Shown: piece after piece, positions 46,968 to 55,416 of the stretch | Layout: every line of letters begins with the position of its first letter | Position numbering within the stretch: the stretch's first letter is position 1 | NCBI GenBank assembly: GCA_036704125.1 | Contig: DATNQI010000060.1 | Coordinates: forward strand, 7,724-71,723 | DNA: 64,000 nt | Source of the DNA: Pantanalinema sp. | Lineage (GTDB): Bacteria; Cyanobacteriota; Sericytochromatia; S15B-MN24; UBA4093 | Direction: 5' to 3' | Translations under genes and position numbers: made by a program | The notes under the pieces: model-generated | What the model was told of the DNA's origin: nothing | Database searches by the model: none | The model's input: only the letters and a program-made list of their open reading frames with translations

Positions 46968-47765
46968 TCACTCCAGCGCGACGTCGACGATGCCCTTGGC
47001 CGTCACGGTGACGACGCACCGCGCCGAACGGGCGCCGTCCTGCGTCGAGGTGGCCACGATCTCGGCGGTGCCGACGCCGCGCGCCGCCATGTAGCCGGCG
47101 GAATCCACCTGGGCGACCGTCTGGTCCGTGCTCGCCCAGCTCACGTCGCTGGTGGTCGAGCCGTTGCTCATGGTGACGGTGGCGCTCAGGCGCATGTGGG
47201 GGGGCAGGTCGGCAAGCCCGCCCCCGTTCCGGTCGGGGACGTAGAGCGACGCGGTCGTCGCCGAGACGCTCACCCCGCTCACCGTCAGCACGCGCGGCAC
47301 GATGAGCACCGACGCGGTGGCCGTGATCGAGCCCGAACTCGCCGTCAGGGTCACCAGGCCTCCGGGGGCACCGGGCACGACGCTCACCGTGTTCGCGCCG
47401 CCGAGGCTCACCCGACCGGCCGGTGAGGCCTGCCATGTCACGCCGGTTTGGAACTGCTGCCCCGTGCTCATTCGCGCCAGGACGGTGAGCGCCTTGCTCC
47501 TGGCGGACGCCGGCGCCGACGGATCGGAGCTGAGCTGGAAGCTGTCCGGTACGAGGATGAGGGCCGCGAGCACGGGGAGCTGGAGCGGCGGCGGGGTCGG
47601 ATCCGCCCCCTCGTCGCCGGGCGCCTCGTCGCGGCCGGTCGCGCCGCCGTTGCCGCCCACGATCGTCCCGGTGAGGACGGGGGCGTCATCGGAGGTGCAA
47701 GCGCCGGCAAGCAGGGCCACGAGCAGGACGCTCGCCCCCAGGAGGCCCCTAGTGGATGTCCACAT
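46968..47765 (-). CDS. Lipoprotein with bacterial Ig-like (Big_2) domains
   Basis: Lipobox LLAGAC. VSWASTDQTVAQVDSAGYMAARGVGTAEIVATS is a Big_2 signature. Confidence 0.7.
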   Translation of the reverse strand: MWTSTRGLLGASVLLVALLAGACTSDDAPVLTGTIVGGNGGATGRDEAPGDEGADPTPPPLQLPVLAALILVPDSFQLSSDPSAPASARSKALTVLARMSTGQQFQTGVTWQASPAGRVSLGGANTVSVVPGAPGGLVTLTASSGSITATASVLIVPRVLTVSGVSVSATTASLYVPDRNGGGLADLPPHMRLSATVTMSNGSTTSDVSWASTDQTVAQVDSAGYMAARGVGTAEIVATSTQDGARSARCVVTVTAKGIVDVALE

Positions 47766-48783
47766 TCAAGGTCCCCCAGATGGCGTAGTCGGGAATGCCG
47801 TAGAGCTGCCCGTTGACCTTCACGGTGATGGGGCCGCTCTCGGCCTCGGGCGGCACCACCGCGTAGAGCGACTGGTGATCGGCCGAGACCCCGGTGACGG
47901 TGGCGGTGGCGACGTTGTTGAAGAGGATCACGTTGCGGGCGGTGAGGGTCGCCGAGTCCGCGTCGCTCGCCGCACCGGCGGTGTCGAACAGGATGCCCCG
48001 GAGGGTCACCGTGTTGTCCGGCGGGGTGATGCTCGCCGTCGCGGGCTCGATGGAAAGGACGCTGCCCCCGCCGGTCGAGCGCATGTAGATGCGCTCGCTG
48101 GGCGGTCCCGGATCGTAGGCGATGCCCGCGACCGGGTCGTTGTCCGCCTTGAGCAGCGAGGTCACGATCCCCCTGGCGACGTTGTAGTCGCTGAGCGAAA
48201 GGCCCGTGACGCCATTGAAGGGGAGCGCGAGCGCGCCGATGAGATGCATGGGGTTGACCCTGGCGGGCCCCTTGAGGTTCGCGAGGGCCGAGAGCGCGGT
48301 GGTCCCCTCGTCGATGACGACCGGCACGTTGGAGGCCGTGCTCGTGATCGAGGTCCAGCCCTGGCTCGTGTAGGCGAGAATGGTCCGCACGCGCGCCGCG
48401 CTCTTGCCCGCCCCGTTGTCGCCCAGGCCCCGCACCGCCTCCAGGTAGTAGGTGCGGTTGACCGTGGGCTTGAACGTGCGGCCGAAGCTGAGGGTGAACT
48501 TGCCGACGGCGTCCGTCAGGGTGCTGCCCCGGGTGATGTTGGCGACCGTGTCGATCAGGACGATCGTCGAAGCGCTCGCCACCTCCGTGATGGAGGCCTG
48601 GACCGTGTAGGGGGAGAGCTTGTCGGCGGGGTTCAGGTAGGCGCGGCCCGTGATGGGCGGGGTGTCCCCCGCCTCGTCGGGCGCATGGCCCGCGAAGGGC
48701 GCGCACGCGAGCATGGCGACCACCGCCGCGGCGATGCCGAGCGCCAGTGACCAACCTCGAATCAGCGGGTGCGTCGTGTTCAT
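47749..48783 (-). CDS. Lipoprotein: CarboxypepD_reg-like N-module plus IPT/TIG-like C-domain
   Basis: DAVGKFTLSF motif and a C-terminal IPT/TIG-like beta sandwich (ITPPDNTVTLRGILF..GPITVKVNGQ). Overlaps the downstream gene by 17 nt. Confidence 0.6.
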   Translation of the reverse strand: MNTTHPLIRGWSLALGIAAAVVAMLACAPFAGHAPDEAGDTPPITGRAYLNPADKLSPYTVQASITEVASASTIVLIDTVANITRGSTLTDAVGKFTLSFGRTFKPTVNRTYYLEAVRGLGDNGAGKSAARVRTILAYTSQGWTSITSTASNVPVVIDEGTTALSALANLKGPARVNPMHLIGALALPFNGVTGLSLSDYNVARGIVTSLLKADNDPVAGIAYDPGPPSERIYMRSTGGGSVLSIEPATASITPPDNTVTLRGILFDTAGAASDADSATLTARNVILFNNVATATVTGVSADHQSLYAVVPPEAESGPITVKVNGQLYGIPDYAIWGTLNVDIH

Positions 48784-48913
48784 CCCTCGCCTCCCTGGAT
48801 CATCTTTACCCGCGTCCAGGCTCGTCTATAACCCGATCGAATGCTGAGCACCAAGCGCCTCGCGCGCGATGTCGGCGGCTGTACGGGGGGAGTCGGGGAT
48901 GCCGCGACGCGGC

Positions 48914-50257
48914 TCAGTACAGGAAGTCGATCGGCTCGGCCACGATCCGGAAGGCCTTCTCGGCCCAGCTCGAGTTCTTCTCGAGCCAGGCGGCGTCGAT
49001 GGGCATGGCCGCGTTCCAGTCGGGGGTGGCGATGGTGCGGTTGAACTCCGCCACCTTCTGCTTGTCCGCCACGATGTTCACGATCTCGTGGTTGGTGTTG
49101 TAGGTGCGGTAGTCGGCGTTGGCCGAGCCGATCGAGAGGATCTCCCCGTCCACGGTCATGCTCTTGAAGTGGCTGAAGCGCTCGACGGGCTTGCCGTTCT
49201 CGACCCCGCCCGAGCTGAGCCGCACCTCGACCCCCGCCTTCAGGAGCTGATGGGCGGTCAGCATGTCCATCTGGTAGTTGAGGTCCTTGCCCCCTTCGCC
49301 CGCGGCCGGCATCAGGGCCTTGATCGAGAGCGCGGGGGTCTTCTTCTTGGCGGCGATCAGGGCGCGCACCAGCTCGTCGTCGGCGAAGTACGGGCTGATG
49401 ATGAAGATCTCCTTGCGGGCGCTGGCGATCGCCTTGAGGTGGACCTCCTTGAGGCCCTTGTCGCCCTTGAGCGGATCGGTGATGAAGGTCTGGATGGCCG
49501 TGTCGCCGGTCTTGGAGGGGACGGGCTTGGGGTCGGCGGCCGGGACCTTGCCGCCGGTGCGGGCCCAGGCCTTGTAGAACTCCTTCTGGACGCGGGCGGC
49601 CTCGTCGCCCTCGACGGTCATCAGGAAGTCGTGGTGGCTGTTGGCCACCGACTTGGGATCGCCCACCTTCTTCTCGAAGGTCGCCTTGAAGTACTCGTCG
49701 CCCACGTTGCGGCCGCCGACCAGGTACTTGGCCCCGTCGGCGATGTAGATCTTGCGGTGGGTCAGCGGCAGCATCCCCTCGACCTTCCAGGAGATCAGCT
49801 TGGGGTTGTAGAGCTTGGCGTCGACCCCGTTGTCCTGGAGGTACTTGAGGATGTTCCGGTCCTCGGTGCCGTAGTCGCTGTTGATGCCGGTGGAGTCGAT
49901 CAGGACCTTGGCGTCGAAGGAGCGGCCCTCGCGCTTGGCCTCCTTTACCTTTTCCACGAGGGCCTCGGCCAGCTTGCGGCCGGTCTGGTCGTCGTGCCAG
50001 ATGAAGGTCTCGATGTGGAAGGAGGTCTTGGCGCCCTTGAGCGCGCTCAGGATCGCCTGGAAGGACTCCTCGGCGCCCACGTGGTAGGTCACCTCGTTGT
50101 GGCGGGTGGCGTTGCTCAAGAGGAGCTTGTCGAGCGGCATCTGCGGCGCCTTGGGATCCGCCTTGGCGCGCTGAGCGGCCTTTGGCTGGTCGGCGCCCTT
50201 GAGCGAATCGATCAGGTTCTTGCCGTACGAGAGGGCGCGATCCGTGATGTTCGACAT
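48914..50257 (-). CDS. Phospholipase D superfamily protein (two HKD motifs)
   Basis: HRKIYIADG and HFKSMTVDG HxK(x)4D motifs. No TM segment. Lies 94 nt downstream of the kinase gene. Confidence 0.85.
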   Translation of the reverse strand: MSNITDRALSYGKNLIDSLKGADQPKAAQRAKADPKAPQMPLDKLLLSNATRHNEVTYHVGAEESFQAILSALKGAKTSFHIETFIWHDDQTGRKLAEALVEKVKEAKREGRSFDAKVLIDSTGINSDYGTEDRNILKYLQDNGVDAKLYNPKLISWKVEGMLPLTHRKIYIADGAKYLVGGRNVGDEYFKATFEKKVGDPKSVANSHHDFLMTVEGDEAARVQKEFYKAWARTGGKVPAADPKPVPSKTGDTAIQTFITDPLKGDKGLKEVHLKAIASARKEIFIISPYFADDELVRALIAAKKKTPALSIKALMPAAGEGGKDLNYQMDMLTAHQLLKAGVEVRLSSGGVENGKPVERFSHFKSMTVDGEILSIGSANADYRTYNTNHEIVNIVADKQKVAEFNRTIATPDWNAAMPIDAAWLEKNSSWAEKAFRIVAEPIDFLY

Positions 50258-50351
50258 GCCGATTCCCCCAAGCGCGATGAATTGCCGTATCGAAGTTATC
50301 GGACGAGCGAGCTGAAACTTGCCTGTGGAGCGGATGGAAGGCCGACGCCGC

Positions 50352-52154
50352 TCAGCGGCCCTTGCCGGGTCTTGCGGGCCGCACCGCCAGGAGCAGGGCC
50401 TCGGCGGCCTTCGCGATCTCCTGCGGGGGCTGCTCGGCGATGCAGCGCGCCAGGACGTCGGCGGCCTCCAGGGTGTCGCCGCGGGTCCGCAGCGCGAGGG
50501 CCAGGTGATACAGCAGCGGGCCGCGCTCGTCCGCGAGGCGGCCGGACGCCTCGCGCAGCAGATCGATGGCGGCGTTTGGCTGGAAGGTGCGCTGCAGGAC
50601 CCGCGCGAGCGCGATGTAGGCGTCCGCGTGCGCGGGCATCAGCTCGATCGCCGCGCGGTACACCTCGATGGCGTCGCGCATGCGCGCGGTGCGCTCGAAG
50701 ATCTCCCCGAGCAAGAGGTACGACGGGCCCCAGCGCTCCTGGGCGAGCACCGCCTGCACCTGCGCCTCGGCCTCGGCCAGGCGCCCCTGCACCAGCCACA
50801 GGCAGGCCAGGTTGTGGTGGGCGTGGGTGTAGACGCGCTCGGGCGTCAGCACGATCAGCTTCTCGTAGTGCTCCTCGGCGTCCTCGAGCATGCCCAGCTC
50901 GTGCAAGAGCGAGGCCAGGTTGAAGAGCATGTCCGGATCGGTCGGAGCCAGGCGATGGGCGACGCGGAAGGAGCCGAGCGCCTCTTCCAGCCGTTCGGCC
51001 GCGTAGCGGGCGCGCCCCAGCTCGAAGTGGGCCCGCGCCCAGTCGGGGTGCTGCTCGACGAGGAAGCCGAGCTGCTCCATGGCCTCGTTCGGCTGGTCCA
51101 TCTCCTTGTAGGTCAAGGCGAGCGCCATGCAGACGTCGCGGTCCTTGGGCTCCAGGACCCAGGCGCGCTGCAGCATCTTGATGGCCGCCGGGTGGTTCTT
51201 GGTGGCGAGGTAGGCCTCGCCCAGGCGACGGTAGGCCTCGATGTGGGAGGTGTTGAGGTGGATGACCTTGAGGTAGCACTCGCTCGCCTGCTCGGGCTGG
51301 CCCAGGTGATGAAGGCTCTCGCCCAGCTGGAACCACGCGTCGGCGTTGGCGCTGTCCATGGCGATCGCCTGCTGGAAGCAGTGGTTGGCGTCCTTCCACT
51401 CCCCGTGCTCGGCGTGGTCGTAGCCCTGCGCCAGGTAGATCTCGGTGCGGTGCAGCTCCTCTTCCAGGTCCTTGGCGAACGCCTCGGCGGAGAGGTAGCG
51501 GAAGTCGGGGTCCTTGCTCAGGCACTTGAGCAGCTTGTCGCCCAGGCTCTTGGGGAGGCGCGGGTTGAGCGCCAGCGAGTCGGTCGGCTCGGCGTAGAGC
51601 AGGCGGTGGGCCACGTCGGTCGGGGTCTCGCCCGCGAATGGCAGCTCGCCGGTGAAGGCCTTGAACAGGATGACGCCCGCGGCGAACACGTCCGAGCGCC
51701 CGTCCACCGAGGTGGCGTCCAGGAGCTGCTCGGGGGACATGTAGTTGAGGGTGCCGAGCATCATCTTGGCCTGGGTGATGCCGGGAGCGAAGGCGCGGCG
51801 CGCCATGCCGAAGTCGGTCAGCTTGAGCTGGCCGGCCGGCGAGATCAGGCAGTTGGCGGGCTTGACGTCACGGTGGACCACCCCCTGCTCGTGGAGGTGC
51901 TGGAGGGCGTTGCAGAGCTGGATCCCCCACTCGAGGACCTGGGGGATGGGGCTGCGGCGCCGCTCCTCCATCACCGCGTGCCAGTTTCCGCCCGGCTGGT
52001 ACTCCATGACCAGGTAGTGGCGATCGCCGTCCATCCCGGAGTCGTAGGCCTTGATGATGTTGGGGTGGTTGAGCTGGAGGTGGATGTCCGCCTCGCGCTT
52101 GAAGCGCGCCACCTGCTCGTCGACCGAGAGGCCCGCGTCCTGCTCGATCAGCAT
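50352..52154 (-). CDS. Ser/Thr protein kinase with C-terminal TPR array (N-lobe continues upstream to about 52268)
   Basis: HRDVKPAN, DFG, SPE and about 8 TPR repeats. The first ATG (52154) lies after the catalytic-lysine strand. In-frame upstream codons encode DYEVIAELARSASGRILIAQ..LLAIKE with no ATG/GTG/TTG. Confidence 0.85.
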   Translation of the reverse strand: MLIEQDAGLSVDEQVARFKREADIHLQLNHPNIIKAYDSGMDGDRHYLVMEYQPGGNWHAVMEERRRSPIPQVLEWGIQLCNALQHLHEQGVVHRDVKPANCLISPAGQLKLTDFGMARRAFAPGITQAKMMLGTLNYMSPEQLLDATSVDGRSDVFAAGVILFKAFTGELPFAGETPTDVAHRLLYAEPTDSLALNPRLPKSLGDKLLKCLSKDPDFRYLSAEAFAKDLEEELHRTEIYLAQGYDHAEHGEWKDANHCFQQAIAMDSANADAWFQLGESLHHLGQPEQASECYLKVIHLNTSHIEAYRRLGEAYLATKNHPAAIKMLQRAWVLEPKDRDVCMALALTYKEMDQPNEAMEQLGFLVEQHPDWARAHFELGRARYAAERLEEALGSFRVAHRLAPTDPDMLFNLASLLHELGMLEDAEEHYEKLIVLTPERVYTHAHHNLACLWLVQGRLAEAEAQVQAVLAQERWGPSYLLLGEIFERTARMRDAIEVYRAAIELMPAHADAYIALARVLQRTFQPNAAIDLLREASGRLADERGPLLYHLALALRTRGDTLEAADVLARCIAEQPPQEIAKAAEALLLAVRPARPGKGR

Positions 52155-52280
52155 CTCCTTGATCGCCAGGAGGCGCTTGGAGCCCGGCGCCTGGGCAATG
52201 AGGATCCGGCCCGACGCGGAACGCGCGAGCTCGGCGATGACCTCGTAATCGGCGATGCGATCGGACAGGGCGCTGCCCTC

Positions 52281-52865
52281 TTAGCTCAGGCGATTGAGGA
52301 CGGCCTTGGAGACGGCCTTGAGGGTCGCGAAGACCCCCGAGCCCTCGACCGCGACCGCCTCGAACGAGGGCACGCCGCGATCGTTCAGCGCGCTCTCGAG
52401 ATCCTCGAAGGCGTTGACGTTCGGCAGGTCGCGCTTGTTGTACTGAAGGACGTAGGGCACCGAGTCCAGGGTCAGGCCGTACTCGGCGAGGTTCTCCTCC
52501 ATGTTGCGGAGGCTCTCGATGTTCTCCTGCATCTTCTCGGTCTGGCTGTCGGCGACGAACACGATGCCGTCCACCCCGTTGAGGATCAGCTTGCGGCTCG
52601 CGTTGTACTCCACCTGGCCGGGGACGGTGTACAGGGAGAACTTGGTCTTGAAGCCCTGCACCGAGCCGAGATCAAGCGGCAGGAAGTCGAAGAACAGGGT
52701 GCGCTCGGTCTCGGTCGCCAGGCTGATCATCTCGCCGCGGATGCCGGGGGCGAGCTGCTTGAAGATGTACTCGAGGTTGGTGGTCTTGCCGCCCAGGCCG
52801 GTGCCGTAGTAGACGATCTTGCAGTTGATTTCGCGGCTGGCGTAGTTGATGAGGGCCATCGACAT
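52281..52865 (-). CDS. mglA: MglA-type Ras-like small GTPase
   Basis: [65 protein letters not shown] closely parallels Myxococcus MglA. Confidence 0.9.
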   Translation of the reverse strand: MSMALINYASREINCKIVYYGTGLGGKTTNLEYIFKQLAPGIRGEMISLATETERTLFFDFLPLDLGSVQGFKTKFSLYTVPGQVEYNASRKLILNGVDGIVFVADSQTEKMQENIESLRNMEENLAEYGLTLDSVPYVLQYNKRDLPNVNAFEDLESALNDRGVPSFEAVAVEGSGVFATLKAVSKAVLNRLS

Positions 52866-52871
52866 TCTCTC

Positions 52872-53348
52872 CTAAAACAAGTCGTTGATCTTGGGCGCCG
52901 GCGCCTGCGCGGGCCGCATGGGGGAGGACGCGGGGGTTTGCTGGTACATCGCATGCATTTGCTGGTCGACGGTATCCAGCGACTGCTCGACCTTGTACTT
53001 GATGCGGCCCACCGGGATCTGGTTCGGGAAGATGACGGCCAGGATCTCCTGGCTCCTGAGGGCGGCCACGTAGATCGAGTGGGTGGAGCCCTGCTGGAAC
53101 ATCTTGGTGAACTCCGCCTCGCCCAGCAAGGTGGCGATCGCCTTGGTGGAGTTGAAGGAGCCGGTGACCAGCGCCGAGATCGACATGGTGTCGTAGTGGC
53201 TGGTCTCGCCCTGGGCCGCGATCATCTGGCCCGACTTGTCGATGAGCAGCGCCGCTCGCGCGCCCGAGTCGAGCACGAGGTTGCCGAGCGAGTTGTTGAG
53301 GGCACGGATCCCGTCTTCCGTAAGGACCAGGTGCTTCGAGATGGCCAT
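52872..53348 (-). CDS. mglB: MglB-type Roadblock/LC7 domain protein (cognate GAP)
   Basis: 158-aa Roadblock/LC7-like sequence (ARAALLIDKSGQMIA..ISALVTGSFNST). Its stop lies 6 nt before mglA, and the mglA RBS overlaps that stop. Confidence 0.85.
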   Translation of the reverse strand: MAISKHLVLTEDGIRALNNSLGNLVLDSGARAALLIDKSGQMIAAQGETSHYDTMSISALVTGSFNSTKAIATLLGEAEFTKMFQQGSTHSIYVAALRSQEILAVIFPNQIPVGRIKYKVEQSLDTVDQQMHAMYQQTPASSPMRPAQAPAPKINDLF

Positions 53349-53394
53349 GAGTGGTGAAGTCCTCCTGCCAGGCGATCTGGCGGCATCGGATGCG

Positions 53395-54303
53395 CTACGG
53401 GGTCCTCAGGGTGACGGGCAACGACAGGGCCTCCCAGCCGCTCAGCTCCTCGGGGCTCGCGCCCGCGAGGGCGTCCGCGAGGACCTTCTCGGTGAAGCCG
53501 GGGCCGTGGATCTTGGTGACGTAGGCGAAGGCCTGCTCCAGGAAACCCCGGTACAGGTCGCGCAGCGCGTCGAAGGAGTGGGTCGCGGGGATGCCGTCCT
53601 GCACCGCGCCGCTGCGCCAGCGGAGCTCGACGCCCTCGAAGCGGGCCTGCTCGTTCAGGAGGGCTTCGAGGCCCTCGGTCATCTTGAGGCCCGAGATCGA
53701 CGCGAAGCGCGCGTAGAGCTCCTCGCACAGGCGGCGAAACACGCTGCGCAGCGCCTCGTCGGGCGCGGTCTCGACGATGAGCGCCCCCTCGCGGTGCAGC
53801 TCGAGCAGGGCCTGGGCGACCGAGAGCTCGTCGAGCCCCAGCTCGCGCGAGAGATCCGAGAGGGTCCTGCCCTCGGGAGAGCAGAGCTTGGCGCCGAGCT
53901 CGACGGCCAGCGAGGAGGGCGAGCCCCCGAGCTCGGGCCGGGCGGAGCGGAAGCGCGCGCGCGGGGTCATGGTCGAGAGCTCGGCGCGCACGGCGCGCCA
54001 GCGATCGAGTCGGCGGATCCCCTCCTGGGCGAGCTCGCCGAGCGGCGCCGTCACGTTGGCGATCCCGTCGGGGGGGGCGGCGTCGAAGCTGAACGCCCCC
54101 GTGTCCCAGTGGAAGAGAGCGTAGACGGCTTCCTCGCCCGAGAGGTCCTGGACCTGGGCGCCCACGATCCGCCCCTCGGCGCACGAGAGCATCCCGTCAC
54201 GCCCCTCGCTCGAAAGGCGAAGCGTCCCGGTCGAGGCGTTGAGGCCGATGATCTGGATCAGGTCGCTGAAGCTGAAATCTTGTAGGCTGCCTTCGGCAAT
54301 CAT
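53395..54303 (-). CDS. PATAN/DUF4388 domain protein
   Basis: N-terminal GSLQDFSFSDLIQIIGLNASTGTLRLS..GRIVGAQ..GEEAVYALFHWDTGAFSF is the DUF4388 signature. ATG 54303 overlaps the upstream stop (ATGA). Confidence 0.8.
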   Translation of the reverse strand: MIAEGSLQDFSFSDLIQIIGLNASTGTLRLSSEGRDGMLSCAEGRIVGAQVQDLSGEEAVYALFHWDTGAFSFDAAPPDGIANVTAPLGELAQEGIRRLDRWRAVRAELSTMTPRARFRSARPELGGSPSSLAVELGAKLCSPEGRTLSDLSRELGLDELSVAQALLELHREGALIVETAPDEALRSVFRRLCEELYARFASISGLKMTEGLEALLNEQARFEGVELRWRSGAVQDGIPATHSFDALRDLYRGFLEQAFAYVTKIHGPGFTEKVLADALAGASPEELSGWEALSLPVTLRTP

Positions 54304-55340
54304 TGAATCGATCCTTTTGCGCTCCCGGGCTCTTGCCGCCCCCTGGCGGCCCCGGCGACGATCAGGCCCTCGGTGACGATCCGTTCCCCGTTCCCCAAGG
54401 GGTAGGGGATGGCGAGCTCCCGGCGGGAGAGCACCGGCCGGCGCTTCGCCAGCGCGGCCTCGATTGCCGCCCCGAGCGTCCCCCGGTAGGCGAGGGCCAC
54501 CGCGGGGAAGCCTTCCGCCGCGCCGATCAGGCCCTCGACGGCCGCGATGTGAGCGGCCGGGTCCGAGAAGGCGCCGCCGAGCGTTCCCGGCATCAGCAGC
54601 GGGGCCGAGAGTGCGGGATCCCCCTGCGTCCATCGCTCGGAAAGCAGCTGAGCCAAGCCGAGGGATCCTATACCCTCCAACGGAGGGACGTAACAGTATA
54701 GCAGCTCGCCCGGATATTTAGACAGGGCGGGCTCGGGGCCGAGGCGCTCGGCCGCATGCCGCCCATCGGGGAGGCCCCGGCACTGCTCGCGCATGCGGTT
54801 CGCCTGCTCGACGTAGTGACGGAACACGGCCGAGGGGGGCAGTGGCTTGAAGCCCAGCTCCTGTTGGTTCCATGAGAGCCAGTAGCGGATGGCCCAGTAG
54901 ACGGCGACCACCCCGATGGCGCGCTCCTCGTCGGGGAGCGTCGAGGCCATGAGGTGCTGGTGCCAGATGCCCAGCCAGATGGTCTCTTCCGGGGTGAAGT
55001 AGCGGTTGGCCCAGGGGAGGAAGCGCTTGACGACCTCTGGCTCCTTGCGCAGCTTGAGCCACTCGGCCAGGCGCCGATCGCCCAGCGGCTGGGCGCCGCC
55101 CGCGACGAAGGCGCGGCTCCACCAGACGCTCGAGGCCAAGGGGTCCAGGGTGGTCACCGACCAGCCCATGCGCTTGAAGGCCCGCGCCTCGGCCCCCCAG
55201 CCGCTGAAGAGGCACAGCGCGCTCGTGACGCCCAGGCCCCGGAGCTGCTCGACGGCCCAGGCCGCGGGCGGGCGGCTGGGAGGCGGCAGGGGGCCTTCGA
55301 GGGCCGGCAAGGGGGAGGTGGGGGCGGTCACGGAGCGCAT
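54300..55340 (-). CDS. Hypothetical protein, possibly Dam-like methyltransferase fold with degenerate catalytic motif
   Basis: 346 aa from ATG 55340. N-terminal CLFSGWGAEARAF resembles motif I (FxGxG). ELLYCYVPPLEG sits where alpha-class N6-MTases carry DPPY. This is a weak by-eye assignment. Confidence 0.35.
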   Translation of the reverse strand: MRSVTAPTSPLPALEGPLPPPSRPPAAWAVEQLRGLGVTSALCLFSGWGAEARAFKRMGWSVTTLDPLASSVWWSRAFVAGGAQPLGDRRLAEWLKLRKEPEVVKRFLPWANRYFTPEETIWLGIWHQHLMASTLPDEERAIGVVAVYWAIRYWLSWNQQELGFKPLPPSAVFRHYVEQANRMREQCRGLPDGRHAAERLGPEPALSKYPGELLYCYVPPLEGIGSLGLAQLLSERWTQGDPALSAPLLMPGTLGGAFSDPAAHIAAVEGLIGAAEGFPAVALAYRGTLGAAIEAALAKRRPVLSRRELAIPYPLGNGERIVTEGLIVAGAARGRQEPGSAKGSIQ

Positions 55341-55416
55341 GGACCCTCGGAAAGACGGACGCCTGCCATCATAGCACGCGGCCCCGGCGAGCAGGGGGGA
55401 CGGATCCCCCCCTCGC

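Noticed and set aside
52281-53348. mglB, mglA and the kinase all share one reading frame (possible polyprotein)
   Set aside because: mglB ends with TAG and is followed by a proper RBS and ATG for mglA, so the shared frame there is most simply coincidence. Only the mglA/kinase junction lacks an independent canonical start, and that is reported separately.
50319-53357. 1012-aa plus-strand ORF spanning the kinase, mglA and mglB loci
   Set aside because: It is antisense to three genes with unmistakable family signatures. Its product is Arg/Gly/Ala/His/Val-rich low-complexity sequence with no motifs, typical of a GC-rich shadow ORF.
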